A stretch of 48,701 bases of DNA, from the NCBI GenBank assembly GCA_024398335.1, contig JAKSJJ010000001.1, forward strand, positions 1 through 48,701. Reading direction: 5' to 3'. The notes under the pieces are model-generated. The model was not told the DNA's origin. It did no database searches and saw only the letters and a program-made list of their open reading frames with translations. Made by a program: the position numbers and the translations under genes. This document shows, one piece after another, positions 1-9,579 of this stretch. The DNA is from Bacteroidales bacterium. Its GTDB lineage: Bacteria > Bacteroidota > Bacteroidia > Bacteroidales > UBA932. Within the stretch, counting starts at the first letter, position 1. The number at the start of each line of letters is the position of its first letter.

Positions 1-795
1 ACCGATAAGGATATCAGGCTTGATTCCATATTTCTTAAGAGCGGTCTGGACCTCCTGGCCGATCACGGTCTGATGGAGAAGCACCTGGTTGAGCACTGAG
101 CCGAGTACATATCTGTATCCGTCCTGTGTAACAGCCGCCTCAACAGCCTCTGAGATAGCGCAACCGAGGCTACCGGTGGTACCAGGGTGCTCCGCGAGAA
201 TCTTGCGGCCGACGTTAGTAGTGTCGCTTGGAGAAGGAGTGACCTTGGCTCCGAAGGTACGCATCACCTCGCGGCGGAAAGGCTTCTGCTCGTAAGAACA
301 TTTAACCATGTAAACCTGGCAGTCGAGTCCGAAATATGCTGACGCCATGCTGAGGGCTGTTCCCCACTGGCCGGCACCGGTCTCTGTGGTGACACCCTTG
401 AGGCCCTGCTTCTTAGCGTAGTAAGCCTGAGCGATAGCTGAGTTCAGTTTGTGGCTTCCTGAGGTGTTATTTCCCTCGAACTTATAATAGATCTTGGCAG
501 GAGTACCGAGGGCCTTCTCAAGGAAATATGCTCTTACCAATGGAGAAGGACGATACATCTTATAGAAATTGAGCACCTCTTCAGGGATGTCGAAATAACG
601 GGTGTCGTTATCAAGTTCCTGCTTATTGAGCTCCTCACAGAAAATAGGATTCATCTCCTCGAGAGTCAGAGGCTGAAGCGTACCTGGGTTAAGAAGCGGA
701 GCAGGTTTAGTCTTCATGTCCGCGCGGACGTTATACCATTTAGTAGGGATCTCATTCTCTGCGAGATAGATTTTGTAAGGGATTTTCTCTTCCAT
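1..795 (-). CDS. trpB2: TrpB2 (TrpB-like PLP-dependent tryptophan synthase beta chain 2), 3' end runs off the window
   Basis: Manual translation from ATG at 795: MEEKIPYKIYLAENEIPTKWYNVRADM...YRPSPLVRA...YYKFEGNNTSGSHKLNSAIAQAYY...TTETGAGQWG...GSLGCAISEA...LGSVLNQVLLHQTVIG. Contains the PLP lysine motif GSHK and the long TrpB2 N-terminus. Missing from the ORF track because there is no stop in the window. Confidence 0.95.
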   Translation of the reverse strand, partial: MEEKIPYKIYLAENEIPTKWYNVRADMKTKPAPLLNPGTLQPLTLEEMNPIFCEELNKQELDNDTRYFDIPEEVLNFYKMYRPSPLVRAYFLEKALGTPAKIYYKFEGNNTSGSHKLNSAIAQAYYAKKQGLKGVTTETGAGQWGTALSMASAYFGLDCQVYMVKCSYEQKPFRREVMRTFGAKVTPSPSDTTNVGRKILAEHPGTTGSLGCAISEAVEAAVTQDGYRYVLGSVLNQVLLHQTVIGQEVQTALKKYGIKPDILIG

Positions 796-845
796 AATTT
801 TAATGTTTAAGCGTTTATTTTGTTTGTTGAATTATCAGGGTTTTC

Positions 846-885
846 AAAAAAAAATGAGGTCCAGTCGTATCCGGCTGAACCCCAT
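846..885 (-). terminator. Attenuator terminator upstream of trpB2
   Basis: Minus strand ATGGGGTTCAG-CCG-GATA-CGA-CTGGACCTCAT followed by a T run (9 A at 846-854 on +): GC-rich stem with G-U pairs, then poly-U, about 50 nt before the trpB2 ATG. Confidence 0.88.
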
Positions 886-911
886 GTATCAATGCACGAT
901 GGAACTGACCA

Positions 912-968
912 TTACGACCTTTTAAGCTGTAACGGGCACCACCACCAATATGCGTTCATCATTGTCAT
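912..968 (-). CDS. trpL: Trp leader peptide MTMMNAYWWWCPLQLKRS (18 aa)
   Basis: ATG ACA ATG ATG AAC GCA TAT TGG TGG TGG TGC CCG TTA CAG CTT AAA AGG TCG TAA. Three tandem TGG codons (939-947) lie directly upstream of a terminator and trpB2. Confidence 0.88.
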   Translation of the reverse strand: MTMMNAYWWWCPLQLKRS

Positions 969-1048
969 ATAATCGTTGATGTCTCAGACATCGAGTGCAA
1001 ATTTGGAATATTGATTTCATAAATGCAAGAAAAATCTGCAAAAATCTT

Positions 1049-1058
1049 TATTTTCGCG
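1049..1058 (+). promoter_or_regulatory. Putative -7 promoter element TATTTTCGCG
   Basis: Variant of the Bacteroidetes TAnnTTTG element, 21 nt before ATG 1080. The same pattern occurs before four other genes. Confidence 0.55.
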
Positions 1059-1079
1059 TAAAACAAAGACCCCAAAACC

Positions 1080-1940
1080 ATGGCAGACACCGCTCAAATC
1101 CAAGCTCAACTAGTTGACCTCAACGATTACGTTCGCTCAGGCGAAGGCGCCAACGGAGCAAGCTACAACCACAAAGACGATCCGGACACCATGCTGAAAC
1201 TCTACTTCAGCAACATCGACATGGACCTCGTCAGGACAGAGCTGGACATAGCGGGCAAAGTCTTCAAAGCCGGTATTCCTTCCCCGGAGCCTGGGAGTTT
1301 CGTAACTGACGGCAAAGGAAACTATGGCATAAAGTTCAGACGCCTTGTAGGAAAAATCTCGTATGCGAGCGCGATTGGCAAGGAACCCCAGAAAGTCGAG
1401 CACTACGCCAGGGAGTTCGCGAAAATGTGCCTCCAGTTGCACTCCACCGATGTCTCAGGAAGCGGCCTTCCGACCGCCAAGGAGCAATACCTTGGAATGC
1501 TCCGAGAGAATAATTTCTGGACTGAGGCCCAGAAGGCGTTTATAAAAAATATAATCGAGAGCACCCCGGACACAAATACAGCCCTTCACGGAGACCTTCA
1601 GTACGGCAACCTGCTGCTGGTAGGAGACAAATCATACTTTATAGACCTCGGAGAGGCGGCGATGGGTCATCCGTATTTCGATCTTGGCATGACAATCATC
1701 TGCGGAGTTTACAACGAAGAGGATTTCACCCAGGAGTTCTTCCACATGAGCAGCCATACAGCGGCGGAGTTCTGGAAATTTTTCGTCGACGAGTACTTCC
1801 ACGGACAGTACACCCTCGAGCAGGCCGATGAGCTTCTCTTCCCATACGCGGTAGTAAAATGCCTGCTTATCGAGAGAAACATGAAAGCGCCTCTTGAAAG
1901 ATTCCACAAATTCTTCCTGGAGCGCTACGGCATACAGTAA
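1080..1940 (+). CDS. APH/choline-kinase-like phosphotransferase (TIGR02172-like)
   Basis: GEGANG Gly-rich loop, MLKLY lysine, Brenner motif LHGDLQYGNLL, metal-binding FIDLG, then GHPYFDLG. Confidence 0.85.
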   Translation: MADTAQIQAQLVDLNDYVRSGEGANGASYNHKDDPDTMLKLYFSNIDMDLVRTELDIAGKVFKAGIPSPEPGSFVTDGKGNYGIKFRRLVGKISYASAIGKEPQKVEHYAREFAKMCLQLHSTDVSGSGLPTAKEQYLGMLRENNFWTEAQKAFIKNIIESTPDTNTALHGDLQYGNLLLVGDKSYFIDLGEAAMGHPYFDLGMTIICGVYNEEDFTQEFFHMSSHTAAEFWKFFVDEYFHGQYTLEQADELLFPYAVVKCLLIERNMKAPLERFHKFFLERYGIQ

Positions 1941-1941
1941 G

Positions 1942-4173
1942 CTAGCGCCTCCTGCGTCTGTAGAGCACAGCGCAGCCTATCAAGGCTATAAATAGCGGAA
2001 TTCCTATTCCATAGACCTTATTCACTGTACGCAGTCCCACAGGAGACAGCGTGAAGTCGTTGTCCCTTATAGGAGGACGAGGCGATGAGACAGGGAACTC
2101 CCCGTAACAGAGCCACTTGAAGGAATTCGGGAGCATGGAGAAATTAAACGACTGATTCTTTTCCATAGTGGAAGTCTGGAGCACGGAGTTACTGTAGCAG
2201 TCCGCGTCTCCGACCACTATCATCCTCTGCTGGCGAGAGCCTTCTCTTTCTCTAGTCAGAGCGTAGGCGAAGACCTCAGGTTTTCCCGCCAGGGTCGTGT
2301 CCGTCGTCAAAAGAGGGGTCGGGCGGAAAAGAGAGGTATCCTTCACATCAAAGGACATGGCGCCGTACATATTCACGGCGGTAGCCTCATAGCGTTTACT
2401 CATCTGCTTATAGAATCCTCCTATCAATGAGGCGGCCTTCGATGTTCCCTTCGCCGGGATGATATCATCCAGCCCGCTGGACTCTCCCGGAGCGAGCCCC
2501 AGACGATCCAGAACCCCACTGATGACCTGCGAACGGGTAACGTCCGTGACTATCATCATATTACCCCCTCTCTCGATGAAGGCGTCGATAGCCTCGAGTT
2601 CAGAAGGCTCGAACGCGGTCCTGACATCCGCGAGCATGAGAATATTCACATCTGACGGGATAGTATCCTTCTGAAGATCCACTTCGACCACGTCAAAACC
2701 CTGGTTCACCATCGAATTACGGAACTGGCCGGCGGTGGCGAAGATGGAATAATCCCTGTCGCCTGTACGACGTATGGATCTCTCCCCATGCCCAACGACA
2801 GAAGCTATCTTCACAGGCTCCGCGATAAGACGCTTCATCGCCGCTGAGATCTCCCCCTCCGAAGGATGATGGAACATATCATTATACAGACGAAGTCTTG
2901 ACTGGGCGCCGTCCTTACGCTCTATGACCCTCACGAACTGATACTTCTCCTGCTCCAGGTCGATTTGGTCCTTCAGGCTCTCCGCGCTGACCAGCACAGG
3001 CTTTTTATAGCCAGCGGCCTTCGCGAGCTCCTTGGCTATCTGCTCCTGATCCATTCCGTCGAAACGCTTGAGCACAGAGGTGTCCGTGATCGGAGAATAA
3101 TAATAGACATATTTCATCTTTATATCCGACTTGAAACGGGTATAAAGCTTGAATCTATCGATGTCTTTCAGTTGCTGCGTAGGGATGAAAGACGAGAACT
3201 CCTTGTCCTGGACATCCACGTAAGTCGTGATTGTCATTGGACCTGAGAGCTCCTTCATGACCTTCTGGCTAGCCTCGGAAAGGGTCCTTGCCTTATTATG
3301 GGTAGCGTCATAGAAGAACCTCAGAGAAGGACGGGAGCTGAAAATAGCCACCGCGAAAAGAGCCGCCACAAGGCAGGTGTAACGTAGAGTCCTCGAAAGA
3401 GCGCTTCTGCGGATTTTCTGATTATCCAGTCTGAACACCGCCAGGGTAAGGAAGAAAAGGCTCACGCTGACAAAATAGATGATCGCTTCACTAGTTATAA
3501 GTCCGCTGAGCATCTCGCTGGCCCTACCCTTTATCGAGAGCCAGTAAGTAATGTGCCTGAACCACACAGAATCCTGCGCGATGTTTCCGACGAAATTGAA
3601 GAACGCCAGGACCGCTAGCGTAGCCACGGCGGCGATCACCTGATACTGAGTCAGACAGGACATCAGAAGTCCGATAGCGCAGTAGGTCGAGATAAGAAGG
3701 AACATCGCCAGCAAAGCGGAGCATACAAGCGGATAGTCAGGCTCCGGGGCGTAAAGGCTCAGCACAATGGCAGGAAGAGCCAGAATGACGACAAAAATAA
3801 GCGAGCAGACCAGCATGGAAAGATATTTTCCAGCTATTATCTCGACGCTGCTGACAGGGGAAGAATACAGAAGTTTATCCGAGCCTGAGGAATATTCCCT
3901 GCTCATAAGATTCATGGTGAGCAATGGAATATACAGGTATATGCTGTCCTGGATAACCTCGTACAGCCCTTTCGCGCCAAGGACCATGCCTGCGGTGGCG
4001 CTGAAATTGATGGTTCCTGAGAGAGCCTTTATGCGGACGATGTCATTAAGCACGTCGGCAAGGTCCATGCCCACATGAACGGCGAACACGACAAGAAGGA
4101 GCCAGGCTACAGGTGAAAAGAAAAGAGCCGCGAGCTCCGTACGGGCTATTCTATTTATTATTCTGAAACTCAT
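1942..4173 (-). CDS. GldF-GldG-like fusion: ABC-2 permease plus periplasmic GldG (ABC_transp_aux) domain
   Basis: N-terminal multi-TM ABC-2 region (FFSPVAW, IPLLTM..SRE..SG..KLLYSSP), D-x-T...TLS GldG start, GHGERS, VVGDADC, C-terminal TM and RRRR. Confidence 0.88.
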   Translation of the reverse strand: MSFRIINRIARTELAALFFSPVAWLLLVVFAVHVGMDLADVLNDIVRIKALSGTINFSATAGMVLGAKGLYEVIQDSIYLYIPLLTMNLMSREYSSGSDKLLYSSPVSSVEIIAGKYLSMLVCSLIFVVILALPAIVLSLYAPEPDYPLVCSALLAMFLLISTYCAIGLLMSCLTQYQVIAAVATLAVLAFFNFVGNIAQDSVWFRHITYWLSIKGRASEMLSGLITSEAIIYFVSVSLFFLTLAVFRLDNQKIRRSALSRTLRYTCLVAALFAVAIFSSRPSLRFFYDATHNKARTLSEASQKVMKELSGPMTITTYVDVQDKEFSSFIPTQQLKDIDRFKLYTRFKSDIKMKYVYYYSPITDTSVLKRFDGMDQEQIAKELAKAAGYKKPVLVSAESLKDQIDLEQEKYQFVRVIERKDGAQSRLRLYNDMFHHPSEGEISAAMKRLIAEPVKIASVVGHGERSIRRTGDRDYSIFATAGQFRNSMVNQGFDVVEVDLQKDTIPSDVNILMLADVRTAFEPSELEAIDAFIERGGNMMIVTDVTRSQVISGVLDRLGLAPGESSGLDDIIPAKGTSKAASLIGGFYKQMSKRYEATAVNMYGAMSFDVKDTSLFRPTPLLTTDTTLAGKPEVFAYALTREREGSRQQRMIVVGDADCYSNSVLQTSTMEKNQSFNFSMLPNSFKWLCYGEFPVSSPRPPIRDNDFTLSPVGLRTVNKVYGIGIPLFIALIGCAVLYRRRRR

Positions 4174-4187
4174 ACCGCCTTATTTTA

Positions 4188-6485
4188 CTACGCCCTGCGC
4201 CTACGCATGAGCACAAACGCTCCCGCTGCCAATATCAAAGCAGGGATTAAATAAAGGAATATTACCTTGATCAGGTCAGCTCCTGTAGTGTGGATACGGA
4301 AACTCATGTCACGGGCAGGTTCCCGGATAACATCGACAGGGAACTGTCCGTCGGAGAGCCACTTGAAAGAGCGGGTGATAAGGGTCTGATTGTAAGCATC
4401 GACGTCCTCTCGGCCCACTCCCATCTCCGCGTCGCTAAGGCAATCCGCGTCACCCACGACAACTATCCTCTGCTCCCTGCCCCCGATTTCTCGGCTAAGA
4501 GCGTATGCCGTGACGAATGAACCGCTGACCTCGTCCGCTGAAAGACTGACCTCATCATCTCTGAATCCCGCATAATCCTTCTCCAGCCAAGCTCCCGGGA
4601 TTGTCCTCAGGATGGCCTTACGCTCAAATCCGGCGTTATCCTCCATAGTCTCTATGGCAAGACAGCCTGGCATCGTGACGCCCCCATCCTTACGGCAAAG
4701 AGCCTTGAAAGCATCCGCTTCCTCCACGCCCCTCGCGAGAACAAGACTTGCGGACATGTCCCCTTCCTTCGCCGCTATCTGAAAGTCGGAGACTTTCAGA
4801 CCGACCATCTTCAACAGAGGATTGACCACGCTCTGATGACCATAATCCGCGAGAATCATCATGTTAGAGCCTCGGTCTAAATATTTTTTCAGATTCTCCA
4901 AAGCCTCCGGGGTGAACTCACGCACGGGATCCGCCACGACAAGTATGTTAAGGCTATCGGCGATAGCAGCCTGAGCGCTGACCTGATAGATGTCAAAACC
5001 CTGATTCATAAGGGCTCCTCGAGAATATTTCTGGCAGGTGAAAGCACCGTATCCGCTCTTATCCCCCGATGTTATACTGCGCTCCCCTTCTTCCTGAAGG
5101 AAGGCTACGGACGGCATTCTCGCATAAAGCTTCGCGAAAGCCGCGGTGATCTCCGGCTCAGTAGGCCGGCAAATCATGTCATGATAATTACGAAGAGCGA
5201 CGCTTTTCCCGTCAGCGGTCTTTATCTCACGCACGAAGTTGTAACCCTCATCCTTGATTATCTGTATGTCCTGAACCTGCTCAGAAGACTTGAACACGGA
5301 AGGATTCACATCATACATCATGAAATAGAAATTCTTCAGCTCGTCCACAGTCATGCCCGCGAAGCGCTTGTTCTGAGTCACATCCGGAACCAGAGAGGAG
5401 TAATAGACAGTATGCTCTTCGATATCAGGCTTGACAAGTTTATACTGCTCGAACTCGCTTCGCATAGGGTTGTACTGAGTCGGAAGATATGGTCCCGAGA
5501 GCTTGTCAAACAGGTTGACATAGTTCGTTATGGTGATCTTCCCCGGGATTCCGGCGACTACATCACGGCTTTCCTTCGTGATAGAATTGGACTTTGTCGC
5601 TGTCGCGTCGGCGAAGACAAGGGTTCCCGGACGGGAACTTCCCCAAGCCAGAAGAGCCACACAGCCCAGCAGGGAGGCATAGGCCCCGGCCTTTTTCCAG
5701 AAGGAAAGGTTCATTCTCGGGAAACTGACCCTGAATACAGTGAGACTGACCATCATCATGGTCATGGTCAGAAAATATATAAGGTCATCGCTTCGAAGCA
5801 CGCCTTTAAGGAAGGACTCAACCCTTCCGCTCATTGAGAGCCAGTAAGTAATGGAGCGTATAGCCTCATACTCCTTGCCGAGTTTACCCACACTGCCGCA
5901 GAAGGCCAAGGCGGCGAGAGTCGCCACAGCAGCGACGACTTGGTAGGAGGTCAGCGAGGACATCAGAAGGCCTATGGAGCAATAGACAGCGATCAGAAGG
6001 AAGAGACCCAGCAGGGCGACAAGTACCGCGAGAAGGTCGAAATGTTCGATTGTAATAAGGCCAGTCAGCGTCGCCAGGAGGGGTATGACAAGAAGACATG
6101 CGCCCACAACGAGAGCTGCGAGGAATTTTCCAAGCACCAGCTGGAGGGAGGTCACCGGAGAGGAATAGACCAGCTTGATAGAGCCAGACGCGCTCTCACG
6201 GGAGAAAAGTCCCATCGTCAGAAGGGGGATATATATGAAAAGTTTCCCGACAATCTTGTTTAGGAAACCGTAATCTCCAAGGAATATAGATCCAGTGATA
6301 GAGGAGTTGATCTGGCCCATATCATAGAATCCGACACAGGAGCTGAACTGCCCGGTCAGGTCGATAGCAGTCAAGACAGAGAACACCGTCAGGATAAACC
6401 AGGCGATAGGAGACCCGAACAGAGTCTTGAGCTCCGTAGAGGCTATGCGCTTAATTATGCCGCCGGTAATTTTGTTACTGGACAT
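4188..6485 (-). CDS. Second GldF-GldG-like fusion permease (paralog)
   Basis: Same architecture as 1942-4173 (FGSPIAW, IPLLTMGLFSRESASGSIKL, EGERS, VVGDADC, TM+RRRR). Confidence 0.88.
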   Translation of the reverse strand: MSSNKITGGIIKRIASTELKTLFGSPIAWFILTVFSVLTAIDLTGQFSSCVGFYDMGQINSSITGSIFLGDYGFLNKIVGKLFIYIPLLTMGLFSRESASGSIKLVYSSPVTSLQLVLGKFLAALVVGACLLVIPLLATLTGLITIEHFDLLAVLVALLGLFLLIAVYCSIGLLMSSLTSYQVVAAVATLAALAFCGSVGKLGKEYEAIRSITYWLSMSGRVESFLKGVLRSDDLIYFLTMTMMMVSLTVFRVSFPRMNLSFWKKAGAYASLLGCVALLAWGSSRPGTLVFADATATKSNSITKESRDVVAGIPGKITITNYVNLFDKLSGPYLPTQYNPMRSEFEQYKLVKPDIEEHTVYYSSLVPDVTQNKRFAGMTVDELKNFYFMMYDVNPSVFKSSEQVQDIQIIKDEGYNFVREIKTADGKSVALRNYHDMICRPTEPEITAAFAKLYARMPSVAFLQEEGERSITSGDKSGYGAFTCQKYSRGALMNQGFDIYQVSAQAAIADSLNILVVADPVREFTPEALENLKKYLDRGSNMMILADYGHQSVVNPLLKMVGLKVSDFQIAAKEGDMSASLVLARGVEEADAFKALCRKDGGVTMPGCLAIETMEDNAGFERKAILRTIPGAWLEKDYAGFRDDEVSLSADEVSGSFVTAYALSREIGGREQRIVVVGDADCLSDAEMGVGREDVDAYNQTLITRSFKWLSDGQFPVDVIREPARDMSFRIHTTGADLIKVIFLYLIPALILAAGAFVLMRRRRA

Positions 6486-7413
6486 TATTCTTTAATTTTC
6501 CTGACAACTTAGCGAAAATCACATCCAGCGAGGTGTGGTCAAGGGAAATCTCCTTGAGGCGCCACCCATTCTCGATGCTGGCTGCCACGACACGCTCCGT
6601 GATGTCATCTTCACCCTGGAAACGCACGCGCCATGTATCTTTAGCCACATCGTCAATATTCTCGATGTCGCCGATTATAGAAGCGAACTCCTCCTTCGAC
6701 GGAGGGCACGCCATTGTCACGGTGAAAGAAGAAGGGGCGACATAGTCGTCAAACTCCTTCATCGTGCCTGAAAACACCACCTTGCCATGATCTATCATAC
6801 GGATCTGGTCACAAGTGGCCTTAACTTCCGAAAGAATATGAGTAGAGACCAGGACAGCGTGGTCCTTGGCGAGCTCCTTGATAAGCCCCCTTATCTCTAC
6901 TATCTGATTAGGATCCAGTCCGTTGGTAGGCTCATCAAGAACCACGAAGCGAGGGTTGTGCACGATAGCCTGGGCTATTCCCACCCTTTGCTGGTATCCA
7001 CCTGAGAGATTCTTTATCAGACGGTCGCTGAAATGCGTGATCTCACAACGCTCTTTGGCGGCATCGACAGCCGCGCGTATCTTCGACGGCTCCATACGTC
7101 TGAGCACGGCGCAATGCACCAGGTACTCATCCACGGTAAGATCCGGGTGAAGAGGCGGTTTCTGAGGAAGGAAGCCTATGTGTTTCTTGGCCTCGACAGG
7201 ATTCTTCCTGAGGTCGATCCCGTTGATAAGGACCTCGCCCTCAGTCTGATTGAGCACTCCGCAGATGATATTCATCGTCGTGGACTTACCGGCTCCGTTC
7301 GAGCCAAGAAGTCCCAGAATGCCGTTCTCCTCTATTGAGAAATTTATATCCCTGATCGCCCAGTCAACGCTGTAGCGATGAGATAGATGCCTTACTTCTA
7401 CTATGTTAGCCAT
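6475..7413 (-). CDS. ABC transporter ATP-binding protein (GldA-like)
   Basis: Walker A GSNGAGKST, signature LSGGYQQR, Walker B VVLDEP, STH loop. Start moved to ATG 7413 because the track start at 7449 lies inside a hairpin. Confidence 0.93.
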   Translation of the reverse strand: MANIVEVRHLSHRYSVDWAIRDINFSIEENGILGLLGSNGAGKSTTMNIICGVLNQTEGEVLINGIDLRKNPVEAKKHIGFLPQKPPLHPDLTVDEYLVHCAVLRRMEPSKIRAAVDAAKERCEITHFSDRLIKNLSGGYQQRVGIAQAIVHNPRFVVLDEPTNGLDPNQIVEIRGLIKELAKDHAVLVSTHILSEVKATCDQIRMIDHGKVVFSGTMKEFDDYVAPSSFTVTMACPPSKEEFASIIGDIENIDDVAKDTWRVRFQGEDDITERVVAASIENGWRLKEISLDHTSLDVIFAKLSGKLKNNVQ

Positions 7414-7420
7414 TATAGAT

Positions 7421-7463
7421 AATAAAAAGACCGTCTCACGACGAGTCACGTCGTGAGACAGTC
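7421..7463 (-). terminator. Intrinsic terminator between BACON gene and ABC genes
   Basis: Minus strand GACTGTCTCACGACG-TGACT-CGTCGTGAGACGGTC-TTTTTATT: 15-bp stem with one G-U pair, then a U tract. Confidence 0.8.
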
Positions 7464-7475
7464 CGTTAAATCAAA

Positions 7476-9536
7476 TTAAAGAGTAGCCCACTTTACGTAT
7501 TTAGCGTAAGAAGCCGCAGAGTAATTTCTGAAATACTGAGAGGTAGTATCAAAACCACCTGTATAGTGAATCTCCTTGCCATCCCTGTTAGATGTACAAG
7601 TAAGGTTGAACTCGATAGCCGTGTCTGTCAAAGTAATTGTACCGCCAGTGACAGGAGCGACTGTACCGGTATAACTATTCTTGACAGCGCAGTATGAGTT
7701 CTTGTACGACGCGGTGATATTACAGATAGTATTTACAGCGGCGCCTTCAGCATTCGAAGGAGTTGTCGCATTGTATGTATAAACACCTGAAGGAATAGGC
7801 GTACTGCAATACTTACCGTTGAAGTTCTGTACAAACTCCCATGGAGAGGCTGTCTGGAGAACCATCTGCACAGTGTAAACGTTATTTACACCTGAAGACC
7901 AACCCATGATGAATACATTTCCACCATTCTGATAAGCGTCACCGAACCACATTCCGGCATACAGGGTCTGAGGGAATGCGAAGGTAAAGGCCGCATCCTC
8001 ATCCGGCTGAGGCTCGATATGGCTGTCGAGGATATCCACATTGACGTTCTCGAACTTATAGACATACTCAAACTGATCTCCGACAGGAACGACGTCCCAG
8101 TTGGCGTCATAATCATAGCCCTTCATAGTAAGGTGCACATCGAAGGTCATAGTGCCCTCGACACCGTTAGAAACCTCGACATAACCTCCGAGGATGTCAG
8201 CATAGTAGTAGCTGGTATCAGCGGCGTCCTTGATGATATAAGCTCCATTAGCGGCGAGAGCTGAACCCTCGTAAAGGTCAGTACCTGTAGCGTAGCCGCC
8301 TTCTGCTGTCTTAGCCTCCTGGAACACATATTTACCAGGAACGATCTTGGTGTTGTCGCCACCGTTAGCTGAGAGAAGCGAGAAGCCCATATTGTAAACC
8401 CAAGGAATGTCCTTAGCCGGAGATGCGCTTGGGTAAAGAGTCACTTCATACTCAACCTGCTTGTTACCGAAGAAGGTGTTGTAAGTACCCTTATAATTAA
8501 TATAAGAAGCGGCGCCGACATTCTTGACCTCAACGGTAGGAATCGTTCCGGCAGCTGAGAAAGAGTGAACGAGTTCATGCTCGTCAACGAGCTCAGCGCT
8601 GAGGGTGTAGTCTGTGCCTGAAGCGGTGATAACTACGCTACCGTCAATGACGACAATCTCCTTACCGTCCTCTACGATAGTAGTGTAGTATGCGTTGTAC
8701 TTGTCAGCAGGCTTGATAGAGAATGTGCCAGGGGCGTGGTTGCCAGCGGCGTCAACCTCATACTCACCAGCGAAGCTCTTGCCGTCTGTGTTGATACAGA
8801 TGACGACTGAACCGTTAGCGGAAGTAAAGTTGAGAGCATACTCAGTGAAGAAGTTAGGGCATGACGCAGAGTAGTTTCTCGGATCCATTGAAGCGCCGAG
8901 GTCATATACTGAATCGAGAGACATAGCGCTCTGTGAAGGGCCCTGTTTTACTTTATATACGTTCACGTTTCCGTCAGCGGCGGTAACGGTGACAGTAGCT
9001 GTACGAGTCTCGATAGTAGGGTTAGCCATTACTGAGAGAACCACGCTGTTATCAACTGGAGCGGCCTTGGTAGTGACTACGCTTACCCAATCAACGTCAG
9101 AGACAGCTGTGAAGCTCTGATTTGTGTTGACCTTGACAGCGATTGTGTGAGCGTCAGCGTTGACCTCGATCTCTGAAGAAGCGTTGAACACCTCAACGAA
9201 GCCCTGCTTAACGATCCATGAAGCGGTCTTCTTGCCAGCCTGGAGGGTAAGAGTCGCCTGACGAGGCTCGAAAGTGTCGTTAGCTGCGATCTTCACAGTA
9301 ACGGTAGCCTCACCAGCCGCACCTGAATCTGGAGTCACGCTCACCCAAGGTGAGCTGGAAACCATCTCCCAAGCATTGTTGGCAACGAATGTGATAACCT
9401 GCTCCTCACCTACTGCGGAAGCTGAGATCTGAGAGGCAGAGATGCTGAGCTGATCCTCAGGAGCCTCTTTCTGGCAAGACGCGAATGTAAAAACACAAGC
9501 GAGCACTGCCATCGCGAAAAATTTCACATTTCTCAT
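7476..9536 (-). CDS. BACON-domain surface lipoprotein, two N-terminal BACON domains plus unknown beta-rich domains
   Basis: Lipobox FASC, then two BACON-like units (W...W-V-S-V...N...R-x-A-T). Confidence 0.8.
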   Translation of the reverse strand: MRNVKFFAMAVLACVFTFASCQKEAPEDQLSISASQISASAVGEEQVITFVANNAWEMVSSSPWVSVTPDSGAAGEATVTVKIAANDTFEPRQATLTLQAGKKTASWIVKQGFVEVFNASSEIEVNADAHTIAVKVNTNQSFTAVSDVDWVSVVTTKAAPVDNSVVLSVMANPTIETRTATVTVTAADGNVNVYKVKQGPSQSAMSLDSVYDLGASMDPRNYSASCPNFFTEYALNFTSANGSVVICINTDGKSFAGEYEVDAAGNHAPGTFSIKPADKYNAYYTTIVEDGKEIVVIDGSVVITASGTDYTLSAELVDEHELVHSFSAAGTIPTVEVKNVGAASYINYKGTYNTFFGNKQVEYEVTLYPSASPAKDIPWVYNMGFSLLSANGGDNTKIVPGKYVFQEAKTAEGGYATGTDLYEGSALAANGAYIIKDAADTSYYYADILGGYVEVSNGVEGTMTFDVHLTMKGYDYDANWDVVPVGDQFEYVYKFENVNVDILDSHIEPQPDEDAAFTFAFPQTLYAGMWFGDAYQNGGNVFIMGWSSGVNNVYTVQMVLQTASPWEFVQNFNGKYCSTPIPSGVYTYNATTPSNAEGAAVNTICNITASYKNSYCAVKNSYTGTVAPVTGGTITLTDTAIEFNLTCTSNRDGKEIHYTGGFDTTSQYFRNYSAASYAKYVKWATL

Positions 9537-9579
9537 AGCGATAAAATTTAAAAGGGTTAATATAAAATTTGTTAATAAT

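Noticed and set aside
1080-1940. Aminoglycoside resistance gene
   Set aside because: Only the generic APH/ChoK kinase fold is evident. There is no mobile context or recognisable similarity to known APH enzymes.
1942-7413. Gliding motility locus
   Set aside because: Gld names describe domain families only. No other gld or spr genes are in the window.
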